DNA of 30,502 nt from a virus (lineage: Duplodnaviria; Caudoviricetes). The translations under genes and the position numbers were made by a program. Numbering within the stretch: the first letter of the stretch is position 1; each line of letters begins with the position of its first letter. The notes under the pieces are model-generated. The model did no database searches. It had not been told where the DNA came from and was given only the letters and a program-made list of their open reading frames with translations. Below, in pieces: positions 1 to 8,202 of this stretch. The stretch covers positions 1 to 30,502 of the IMG/VR virus record IMGVR_UViG_3300009678_000119; one strand, 5' to 3'.

Positions 1-1401
1 AACGTCATCAAGGCAGGTGTCAGCCCAGACCAAGGTGAACGTGGTCAGACAGACAACTTCCAACTATTTAGCTATTCAACTTCCGAGTACAGCAAGTACG
101 GATACGCAGATCAACGCAGCTTCTTAGCAGCGCAGATGACGAAGGTGGTCTATGTGTGGGACAAAGTTACGCGGCGTGTTGAACTCTACAACTGTAACGA
201 CTGGTGCTATCCCTTGTGGGTGTGGGACGATCCTTACTCCCTCGATCAGTTCTTTAGTGTTGTGCCAATGGAGTTCCACACAGACCCAATTACAATGTAT
301 GCGAAGGGTGAAGTCACTTACTACCTCGACCAGCAGGATGACATCAACATCATCAACAATGAGTGGGCTAAAGTACGCAAGTTCGCCGCTGGCAAAGTAG
401 TCTACGATAAGAACTCACTCAAAGATGCATCAGTACTCGACGCGCTGATAGCAGGCACTACTGACACCAACACAGTCGGCGTTGATCTACCTGAAGGTAA
501 GAAGCTCTCAGACGCTCTCGGCCCACTGCTGCCACCTAGCGCAGACGCGATTAAGTTCTTCGACAAGAAGCCCGTGCTTGAAGCCATCGACCGCTTGTCA
601 GGTGTAGCTAGCGTGCAGCGTGGTGTAGAGTACAAGACAAACACCACGAACAAAGCCATCGAGAGCTACGAGTCGCAGATACAGACACGCGCTGATGAGA
701 AGATGGACGCTATTGAAGACAGCGTTGGCACAGTGCTGTGGCTCGTCGCTCAAATGTGTCTGCAGTTCATGGAGAAAGAAGAAGTCATCACCATCATAGG
801 TGAAGAGCTAGGCAGCAAGTGGGAGACTGTCGATGCACAAACCATTAGACAACTCTTCACTCCTCGCGTTGTGGGAGGTAGTACACTCAAGCCCACTTCA
901 CGTGCGAAGAAGGAGCAAGCGCTGCAGATTAGCCAGATCATTGGCCAGTTTACACGTGCTACGCCAATTGCGGCTGTTGTCGCTCTCAAGGTGCTATCAC
1001 AAGCATTCGACAACGTGACAGTCAGTCAGGAAGACTGGGAGCTAATCTACAAAGGCATCATGAAAGAGACTAGCGGCCCACCACCAGAGCAGATGCAGCA
1101 AGAACAGCAGGACCAACAAGCTGATCAACAAGGTGCAGACCGTCGTCAGCAGATGGTGATAGAGAGAATGAAGGCACAAGGTGGTGGTGGTGCTCCTCCC
1201 GGTGGCGGTGCTAGTGGTCAACAAGGTGGTGGACAACAGATTGACGACATAGCATCAATTGTGCAAGAGGTAGCAGGGCTGATCGACGGCTTGCCGCAAG
1301 ATTTGAAGCGCAGCTTAGGTGTTCAGCTAGCCCAAGGTCGCAGTGTAGCTGACATAGCTACGCAGATGATAGGTCAGATGCAGCGTGGTGCTGCTGCTTA
1401 A
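1..1401 (+). CDS. Portal protein (5'-truncated by window)
   Basis: The frame is open from base 1 into the 136..1401 ORF. It is first in a portal-scaffold-capsid order, has portal-like segments (YYLDQQDDIN, IDRLSGV...RG...TNTT) and ends in a Q/G-rich tail. Call rests on synteny and resemblance. Confidence 0.8.
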   Translation, partial: NVIKAGVSPDQGERGQTDNFQLFSYSTSEYSKYGYADQRSFLAAQMTKVVYVWDKVTRRVELYNCNDWCYPLWVWDDPYSLDQFFSVVPMEFHTDPITMYAKGEVTYYLDQQDDINIINNEWAKVRKFAAGKVVYDKNSLKDASVLDALIAGTTDTNTVGVDLPEGKKLSDALGPLLPPSADAIKFFDKKPVLEAIDRLSGVASVQRGVEYKTNTTNKAIESYESQIQTRADEKMDAIEDSVGTVLWLVAQMCLQFMEKEEVITIIGEELGSKWETVDAQTIRQLFTPRVVGGSTLKPTSRAKKEQALQISQIIGQFTRATPIAAVVALKVLSQAFDNVTVSQEDWELIYKGIMKETSGPPPEQMQQEQQDQQADQQGADRRQQMVIERMKAQGGGGAPPGGGASGQQGGGQQIDDIASIVQEVAGLIDGLPQDLKRSLGVQLAQGRSVADIATQMIGQMQRGAAA

Positions 1402-1413
1402 TAGGAGGCTACA

Positions 1414-2466
1414 ATGCCGGGTGAAGAAAAAGACTTGATGGATCAAGTCGGTGACAGCTTTGGTATCAAAGAAGCACCGCAAGCTGAGCCTGAAGCTGAA
1501 GAAGGTGGTACTTTAGACATACCACAGCAGCCTGAAGGTGATGTCAGTGCACAAGAGGGTGATCAAGGTGGCGAACCTAAGCCCGAAACTGGTAGTGATC
1601 GTCATACACCACGCAAAGACACTAAAGATGAGCAACTTTTCACCGACAAGCCTCGTAAGGGAGCAAAAGGTGAGCTGCTTGATCGCAACGGCAACATCGT
1701 TGCTACTACACGGCGTGAGAAACAGCTAGCTTACAACCTTAATCGCGCTCAGTACGCAGCAAATCAGGCACATCGTGACCTGAAACGCATGCAAGAGCAT
1801 GTGAAGAGCTTCGCAGACCTCGATGGGCTGATGAAGACGAACAACATCTCACCGCAGATGGCACAGGAAGCCATACAACTGCGTGCGATGGCTGAAAAAG
1901 ACCCGATTATGGCTGTACGTGACATCGTTGCGCGTGTTCTTGCAACAGGCGTGACGATGGATGACCTGTTTGGTCAAGATGCAGTGCCCGCTATCAATGC
2001 GCGCGTCATAACGAACGAATTAGACCGCCGCTTGGGTCCAGTTGAGCAAGCTGCGCGTCAACGGCAGCAAGAACAGCAGCTAAATGAGCGCGCTGTTGAA
2101 CAAGCAGAGCAATTCATCCAAACACACCCTCATGCTGACACGCATGGCACGGAAATCAGCGGCTTAGTCGCAAATCACGGTCTTACACCAGAGCGTGCGT
2201 ACTTTGAGCTACGCAGTTGGGTAGAACGCAGAGGATTTGACTTCTCTTCACCACTCAAGCCTCAGATTGAAGCAGCTATGAAGCGCCAACAGGCTAAAGG
2301 TGGTCAACAGCAACGAAGACCGTCAACACCGGGTGATATGCGCGGTGTTCAACCTCAAGCTGGTGTCCAATTGCAGAACGGAAGCAATCAGCGTGGAGAC
2401 TTCCGCAGCAACACGCCGTGGCGTGACATTGCATCGGCAGTGTTCACAGAGTTGAACAACAAATAG
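1414..2466 (+). CDS. Capsid scaffolding protein (putative)
   Basis: GGAGG SD. Acidic, disordered N-terminus and Q/E/R-rich coiled-coil segments. Lies between portal and major capsid. Confidence 0.7.
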   Translation: MPGEEKDLMDQVGDSFGIKEAPQAEPEAEEGGTLDIPQQPEGDVSAQEGDQGGEPKPETGSDRHTPRKDTKDEQLFTDKPRKGAKGELLDRNGNIVATTRREKQLAYNLNRAQYAANQAHRDLKRMQEHVKSFADLDGLMKTNNISPQMAQEAIQLRAMAEKDPIMAVRDIVARVLATGVTMDDLFGQDAVPAINARVITNELDRRLGPVEQAARQRQQEQQLNERAVEQAEQFIQTHPHADTHGTEISGLVANHGLTPERAYFELRSWVERRGFDFSSPLKPQIEAAMKRQQAKGGQQQRRPSTPGDMRGVQPQAGVQLQNGSNQRGDFRSNTPWRDIASAVFTELNNK

Positions 2467-2478
2467 GACATATGAACA

Positions 2479-3429
2479 ATGGCCGTACTGCAGAACGTAC
2501 TTGCAACGACTATTGAGCGTTCAAGGAAGAAGCTCATCGTCGCTGCTATGCAAAGCAACGCGCTCATGGCGTGGTGCTTCGCGCGTGATCGCATCGAGAA
2601 TGAGTCGAGCGGTTACAACATCACTAATCCACTGTTGACCGGACGCAATCCGACAGTGGGCAGTTATCAGTACTATGACAGCCTGCCAATCGTGCAGACT
2701 CAAGAGTTCATCAAACTTGAGTACCGTTGGTCACGCATCGCAGGCAGCGTCATCATCAGCAATCAGGAAGAAGACGAGAACAAGGGTGAGCAAGCTGCAG
2801 TGAAGCTGCTGCAGGGCAAGCTCGAAGCACTTGAGCTGAGCATCAAGGAGAAGTTCTCTGCTTACCTCTACGGTCTGGGTGGCGGCAATGATCCGAATGG
2901 ACTTGCACTGCTTGTACCTGATGATCCTACCGTTGGAGCACTCGCTGGTGTCGATCGTGCGTCCGAAGTGCAGTGGCGCTCATCGTCATATGACTTCGCA
3001 GGTACTCTCAATGCCACGAACATCGAAGAGGCGTATGATGACGTACTCCTCGATCTCAAACAGGGCACAGAGCGTCCTAAAGTTATCATCGCGGGACGCA
3101 ATCACTATCGCCTGTATCGTGCTGCAGTACGTGCTAAACTCACTATCCCGCTGACGAACACCAGCGCAGGCAAGCGCATGATGGACCTCGGCTTCGATGG
3201 TGTGTCGCACAACGGCGTGCCGATCATCTACGACGAGAGCTGTCCTGTGGATCGTGCTTACTTCCTCAATGACACCTACTTGCGCCTGCACATCCTCGGT
3301 GACAACAACATGAAGAATGTTGACCTCACTGCACCGTGGACTATCGACGGCTATGGTCAGCGTGTCATCACGCAGTGCCAGTTCTGCACGTGGAAGCAGT
3401 ATCGCACGCACGCAGTGGTCAACGACTAA
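2479..3429 (+). CDS. Major capsid protein (HK97 fold inferred)
   Basis: 316 aa after the scaffold gene, with MCP-like segments (LATT...N, NGLALLV, GFDGVSHNGVPIIYDESCP...YFLN). Confidence 0.85.
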   Translation: MAVLQNVLATTIERSRKKLIVAAMQSNALMAWCFARDRIENESSGYNITNPLLTGRNPTVGSYQYYDSLPIVQTQEFIKLEYRWSRIAGSVIISNQEEDENKGEQAAVKLLQGKLEALELSIKEKFSAYLYGLGGGNDPNGLALLVPDDPTVGALAGVDRASEVQWRSSSYDFAGTLNATNIEEAYDDVLLDLKQGTERPKVIIAGRNHYRLYRAAVRAKLTIPLTNTSAGKRMMDLGFDGVSHNGVPIIYDESCPVDRAYFLNDTYLRLHILGDNNMKNVDLTAPWTIDGYGQRVITQCQFCTWKQYRTHAVVND

Positions 3430-3431
3430 CA

Positions 3432-3448
3432 GGTATACTCAGTATACC
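3432..3448. repeat. Dispersed palindrome copy 1 (GGTATACTCAGTATACC)
   Basis: Perfect 8-1-8 palindrome starting 3 nt after the capsid stop codon; core at 3434-3446. Confidence 0.9.
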
Positions 3449-3462
3449 AGAAAGAGCGCGCT

Positions 3463-3912
3463 ATGGCTGAAACGCCCGTCAGTTTTGCTGAGAAGCCCAT
3501 GCAGTCATTTGATATGACTGAGAAGCAGAAGGCTGTGCCTGCTTACACTATTGAAGCAGTTAAGCGTAAGACTGTAGTCAATCGCACTGTCAAAGATGAG
3601 ATTGGCTTCCGCATTGTGCCGACTGATGTAGAGGTTGAAGGCTACATGGTTCGCACGCTGCGCGGTGATAGTGTCTTCTTACAACACGATGACGTTGTGC
3701 GCTTGAAGTTGAACCGCAACTTAGTCCCGCTGCTGATGGAAGGCGGCGATGATACACCAGTAGGAATGCAGCAAGTGAATGCTGCACTTTCGTCAAGGCA
3801 CAAACAAGCGCTCGATGTACTGACGCAGCTTGTCGAGAGCAATCCTAAGCTCGTTGATAAGCTGATAGCAGATGCAAAGGGCATGTCACCAAATGATGAA
3901 GAGGATAAATAG
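3463..3912 (+). CDS. Hypothetical protein (head module)
   Basis: 149 aa ORF tightly packed in the operon; no motif recognised. Confidence 0.7.
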   Translation: MAETPVSFAEKPMQSFDMTEKQKAVPAYTIEAVKRKTVVNRTVKDEIGFRIVPTDVEVEGYMVRTLRGDSVFLQHDDVVRLKLNRNLVPLLMEGGDDTPVGMQQVNAALSSRHKQALDVLTQLVESNPKLVDKLIADAKGMSPNDEEDK

Positions 3913-3914
3913 CA

Positions 3915-4556
3915 ATGGCTGTTCAAGTCGCCGTACCGTCCACTCGGCGCGTTAGTCACCGCGTTGCAGATTGCAGCTACGCGGCTGACGTGAGCATCGA
4001 CGGACACACTACAGTTGACATTCCTGCATGCGTCACAGCAGGCGCAGGTGTGCTTGCTAACGGTGTCGTTCTCGCTGCTGCAGGCAATGTCGCGCCTGCA
4101 ATCGCGCAGACTGACGCCATCATGGGCCGCTATGGTCGCAGCATCAGCGTCACCTCCACTGTTGGTGGCGCTGGTGTGATCGTAGGCTATGACTATCTTG
4201 GTCAAGCCATCAAAGAGAACGTCACTCTCATTGTTGGCGCTGTTGTCAGCAAGAAGATGTTCAAGGACGTGTCGTATGTCTACGTGCCCGTTGCTGCAAC
4301 GGTCAGCGTCGGCGTCGGCGTCATTCTCGGTGTGCCTTACAAAGTGCTGCACACTGCACTGTATGGTGAACTGACTAGTGACGTTGCTGCAACCGCTGGC
4401 GCGTTGCTTGCTGGCGTTGTTACGCAGTCACTCACTAGCGGCGATCCGCGTGGTGCTTACACACCGAATGCGGCACCTGATGGTGTGCGTACGTATCGCT
4501 TCACGTGCGTTGTAGATCGCAGTAACTTGCACGGAAGCGCGCACGTTATTGCGTAG
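3915..4556 (+). CDS. Putative virion structural/decoration protein
   Basis: GAGG SD; 213 aa, V/A/G/T-rich beta-type composition; downstream of the capsid gene. Confidence 0.55.
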   Translation: MAVQVAVPSTRRVSHRVADCSYAADVSIDGHTTVDIPACVTAGAGVLANGVVLAAAGNVAPAIAQTDAIMGRYGRSISVTSTVGGAGVIVGYDYLGQAIKENVTLIVGAVVSKKMFKDVSYVYVPVAATVSVGVGVILGVPYKVLHTALYGELTSDVAATAGALLAGVVTQSLTSGDPRGAYTPNAAPDGVRTYRFTCVVDRSNLHGSAHVIA

Positions 4557-4624
4557 TACCTAGTGGTGCAAGAACTAGGTGCGGATGAGTGGCCTGTGTA
4601 GTACCACTACTACACAGGTCGCTC
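4556..4624 (+). terminator. Tandem hairpins (terminator or processing site)
   Basis: GTACCTAGT/ACTAGGTGC (4556-4582) and a 17-bp stem GAGTGGCCTGTGTAGTA-ccac-TACTACACAGGTCGCTC (4587-4624). No U-tract follows. Confidence 0.5.
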
Positions 4625-4650
4625 GCTATCAACAAGTATAGGAGATTAGG

Positions 4651-4869
4651 ATGGCAGAACCAGTAGAATACGCTCAGCAATACAAGGGACAGAGCGTCGT
4701 CGCAATCCGCGATGCCTGCGCGACTGATCCCGGCTATGACGAAGATGGTGACATGCAAGTATGTACACTTGCAGATGGCACCGCGGTGACGGTGAAGAAG
4801 GATCAGCTCACCAGTGCTAAGCCTGCTGCAGCTAGTGCACAGGCAAAGCCAGCGATGAAGCGCGAGTAG
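4651..4869 (+). CDS. Small hypothetical protein
   Basis: GGAG SD; 72 aa with an Ala/Lys-rich tail. Confidence 0.7.
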   Translation: MAEPVEYAQQYKGQSVVAIRDACATDPGYDEDGDMQVCTLADGTAVTVKKDQLTSAKPAAASAQAKPAMKRE

Positions 4870-4880
4870 TTCTCGGAGGT

Positions 4881-4950
4881 CAGGCGTCCCCGCTTGACAC
4901 TAGGGACGGGTTGGTCTGCGGGGTCCAGCAAGAGCCTCGCAGGCCGCCTG
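4881..4950 (+). other. Structured intergenic element (possible three-way junction)
   Basis: CAGGC/GCCTG closing stem enclosing GTCCC/GGGAC and GGTCTGCGGGG/CCTCGCAGGCC hairpins. Confidence 0.45.
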
Positions 4951-4973
4951 CTTAATTACATAAGGAGCGAGCG

Positions 4974-5615
4974 ATGATCACGTTCGGTGATATTGTCACG
5001 AAGGTGTTGCAACGCTTGTCACTAGTCGAAGGACTAGACGCACAGATATACGCTGAACCACGCATACAGCTAGCTGTGCAGCACAAGTTCGACATGATCT
5101 TCCGAGAGTACTGGCATCCTGAGTATACGACGTATCAGGAGGAATATGTACTCGACGGCGCTAGTGGCATTATCACTGGTGATTTGACTGATAAGATCAA
5201 AGATTGGCGTGATATACACAGTGTTATGTGGGAAGGCTCACACAAGCCACTCGCACTCGCACCACGCAATGTGCGTGATGTTGACATCACATATCCATCG
5301 CTTAGGCCACTAGCTACTAATCAAGCGAAGTGGTTCAAGATACTGCCAGCTACTACAACTGGCAAGGTGTGGATCACATATCGCACGAAGCCTGCAGACT
5401 TTGAGCAGGATGGCGATGAGATACATATGGACACGCAATTGCTCATACTCGGCACATGTTGGGATGTACTAGAGGATGACGGTACTAATCCGGGTGCTAG
5501 CGATAAGTTCCGCGTTCTATTCCAAGATGCACTAAGCCAGTTCAACAGACAAGCACACAACATCCCACTTGACACTATACAGTCAACACGCAGCGTCGTG
5601 ACGAGGTGGTCATAA
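4974..5615 (+). CDS. Head-tail adaptor / tail tubular protein A-like
   Basis: AAGGAG SD; 213 aa; adaptor-like N-terminus (TFGDIVTKVLQRL); directly precedes the nozzle-sized gene. Confidence 0.7.
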   Translation: MITFGDIVTKVLQRLSLVEGLDAQIYAEPRIQLAVQHKFDMIFREYWHPEYTTYQEEYVLDGASGIITGDLTDKIKDWRDIHSVMWEGSHKPLALAPRNVRDVDITYPSLRPLATNQAKWFKILPATTTGKVWITYRTKPADFEQDGDEIHMDTQLLILGTCWDVLEDDGTNPGASDKFRVLFQDALSQFNRQAHNIPLDTIQSTRSVVTRWS

Positions 5616-5616
5616 C

Positions 5617-8094
5617 ATGGTGCAGATGCTCACCAAGCTGAAGCCACTCGGCAGGCCGAAAGCACCGCGACCAACGCCGAAGCTGAACAACACAACAGTG
5701 CGCGACTTCGGCGGCGGTCTGAACGTCGTTGATAGTGAGCTGAACTTGACGAGCAAGTTCTCACCTGTCTTTGACAACATGGTGACTTACACAGATAGGC
5801 GCGTAGGTCCGCGCTACGGCTACGAGATGTGGCTGAAGTTGAAGACTGGCAGCGTGGTGTTTGATGCTGTTGACATCACTATCACCACAACATTAGAGAG
5901 CCGCATTGTTATCATCAATTGGATAGGACATCCGTTCGACGATTTAGGTGTTGAGCACCTTACTATCAGTGATTGGGACCAGTCATTCAACGGCATCGAG
6001 CCGGAGATGATGAACCGCACACATGGCATTCGTCATGTTATCAATGCCAACTCATTTGAGATTGTAGTAAGCAACTCAGCTACGTCAGCAGGCACTAGTC
6101 CGTCTGAAGAGATCAACTATATACGTGATACACACGTACTAGGCGGTCAACCTATCGAAGCGAAGTACTTCTCCAACTACGTGCTAGTGTGGACTAGCGT
6201 AGGTGAGATATTCGCAGTGGATAGAGATAAGACTGTGCAGCGTATATGGAGCAACGCCATTGCGTATGCACGTGCTAACAGTCCAATCGGTTGGACACAC
6301 ACCGAGACTGTAGCTAGTGACATCTTCGGTCAGGAGTTGATCTGTAGCAACGGCAGAGACAAGCCGCTGTCAATTGACTTCACACGCACAGACAAGGTAC
6401 AGTATCTAGTAGACCCCGGCAATAGCAGCAGCAATGCGAAGGTGCCAGCGTTTGACGCTTGCAAGTCAGCCTTTCGTTACTTCACTATACATGACACAGA
6501 ACTAGCAACGGCTGGCGAGCATACGACAGAGATACGCATTGCGGCCAAAGACACCAGCATGGTGTACAGCGATGCACCAACACCTTCCGATGCTATCGAC
6601 ATTGACATGTCGAAGATTGCAGCTAGTCCAGAGCAGACAGTGCGCGGGTTCGCTACAATCAAAGACGCGCTGCTAGTCATCACACCTACAGCTACGACGC
6701 TGATGAAGCTAGGTACGCAAGCTGAAGCACTCGGCGGTGGTAGTACACATGATCCGACGCCAATTGACACACTCAATGGCTTCGGCAGCAATGCGCCGCG
6801 CACTATCGTGGAGATAGGCAGCGATGTGTTCATGATCGACTTCAACGGTGTGCCTAGTGCGAAGCTGTCAACTGTCAGCAACGCAGTAGTGCCAGAGCGT
6901 GTGAGCAACTACATCGAAAGCATGATGAGCAGCCACATAGGCCGCATGCGTAAGGAGACAATGCGTGTGCGTACGTTCGGCTTCTATGACGGCAAGAACA
7001 AGTGTGTACACTTCTACATGCCGAAGTTCGACACGCAGGATGAACGCACGCTGACAAGTGATCCGTTCTACTTCGATAGCGATATGCCGAAGTTTGAGCT
7101 GACAAAGCGCACGCTCATTATGCGCCTTGATGATCATCAGCTAGAGAAAGATGACATCATCAACATCCTCGGCGCTACAGCATTCGGTGGTATAGCTGCT
7201 GCAGACATCAACGGTGATCGTACTATCATCGGTGTGTTGAATGAAGACTACTTGCTTATCTCCATCGGCGCAGACTTGCCGCTGATACCCGCAGGTGGCG
7301 CTGGCGGTGGTGGTACTGTTGTATCTGTCAAGCCTATTGTTGATGGCACTATTGGCTATATCTACCACTACGTACCGCAGTTGAAGATATACGCATGGTC
7401 ACGCTTCAAGACGCACAAGTTCCTGCGCTTCAACTGTGGATGTGGCACCGTTGAAGGTCGCAGCTTTCTATTTACACCTGACGGCTTCATGATGCGTTAT
7501 GGCTCACCTGATGCGCGCGTGCATGCTGATTGGTTCGGCATGTATGATCATGCGCTGTGGATCAGTGGTACTTCATATGTAGCAGGCGAGCGCGTGTTCG
7601 ACAGTGTTGACGGCCTGATATACAAATGCCTCGCAGATGTTACAACTACAGCAGCCAACTTCGCCACTGCGCGTGAGTTAGAAGCTGATAGTTGGGAAGA
7701 GTACAGAGGTGAGCCTATCAATTTCACATGGGAGCTACCGTGGGCTGATTTCGGTGCGAGGCAGTTAACAAAGGCGTTGCGCTTCACACACATTGATGCA
7801 TCAGGTTCAGCACAATTCACACTCGATATATTCGCTGACAATATATACAAGGACGCAGCGACAGGACAGTACACACCTGCACGCACGCTCACATTCGTGC
7901 CTAACGATGCAGGCGCATATGGTGCTGGTCAACAAGTGTATGGTGCAGGTAGACGCACTAGAGAGCAACGACTGTGGTCTATGCCTGTCAAGTTTAAGAC
8001 TGTGAAATCACGCATCACCGGGAATACAACAGGCCCACTGTCAATCAGCGCAATCAGCTTTCTGTATCAAAAAGGCAGCGTGGTGCGAGGATGA
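5617..8094 (+). CDS. Tail nozzle / DNA stabilisation protein (tubular B or P22 gp10-like) with inserted modules
   Basis: 825 aa; N-terminal DFGGGLN...DNM...R.G pattern; beta-rich; follows the adaptor gene. Confidence 0.75.
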   Translation: MVQMLTKLKPLGRPKAPRPTPKLNNTTVRDFGGGLNVVDSELNLTSKFSPVFDNMVTYTDRRVGPRYGYEMWLKLKTGSVVFDAVDITITTTLESRIVIINWIGHPFDDLGVEHLTISDWDQSFNGIEPEMMNRTHGIRHVINANSFEIVVSNSATSAGTSPSEEINYIRDTHVLGGQPIEAKYFSNYVLVWTSVGEIFAVDRDKTVQRIWSNAIAYARANSPIGWTHTETVASDIFGQELICSNGRDKPLSIDFTRTDKVQYLVDPGNSSSNAKVPAFDACKSAFRYFTIHDTELATAGEHTTEIRIAAKDTSMVYSDAPTPSDAIDIDMSKIAASPEQTVRGFATIKDALLVITPTATTLMKLGTQAEALGGGSTHDPTPIDTLNGFGSNAPRTIVEIGSDVFMIDFNGVPSAKLSTVSNAVVPERVSNYIESMMSSHIGRMRKETMRVRTFGFYDGKNKCVHFYMPKFDTQDERTLTSDPFYFDSDMPKFELTKRTLIMRLDDHQLEKDDIINILGATAFGGIAAADINGDRTIIGVLNEDYLLISIGADLPLIPAGGAGGGGTVVSVKPIVDGTIGYIYHYVPQLKIYAWSRFKTHKFLRFNCGCGTVEGRSFLFTPDGFMMRYGSPDARVHADWFGMYDHALWISGTSYVAGERVFDSVDGLIYKCLADVTTTAANFATARELEADSWEEYRGEPINFTWELPWADFGARQLTKALRFTHIDASGSAQFTLDIFADNIYKDAATGQYTPARTLTFVPNDAGAYGAGQQVYGAGRRTREQRLWSMPVKFKTVKSRITGNTTGPLSISAISFLYQKGSVVRG

Positions 8095-8096
8095 GC

Positions 8097-8109
8097 TATA
8101 CTCAGTACA
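8097..8109. repeat. Dispersed palindrome copy 2 (TATACTCAGTACA)
   Basis: Starts 3 nt after the stop at 8094, just upstream of a TTGACA. Confidence 0.85.
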
Positions 8110-8113
8110 CCCC

Positions 8114-8143
8114 ATTGACAGCGTGCAGAATATGTGCTATATC
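8114..8143 (+). promoter_or_regulatory. Sigma70-type promoter upstream of the tail fibre gene
   Basis: TTGACA (8115-8120), 17 nt, TATATC. Equivalently ATTGAC-N17-CTATAT, close to the rhizobial CTTGAC-N17-CTATAT consensus. Intergenic. Confidence 0.6.
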
Positions 8144-8202
8144 TTCACTGCTCGCGCAGCGATACACAACAAGAAAGCGCTGGCTATATAGCCACATCAT
8201 AA

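Noticed and set aside
3642-4352. Long opposite-strand or alternate-frame ORFs (also 13420..14124, 21762..22442, 24700..25263)
   Set aside because: They are shadows of well-supported genes, with no recognisable motifs.
4893-4925. Promoter at CTTGAC
   Set aside because: No AT-rich -10 element at 16-18 nt spacing.
4870-4973. Hammerhead ribozyme or tRNA
   Set aside because: No CUGAnGA/GAAA core and no cloverleaf or TTC arm.
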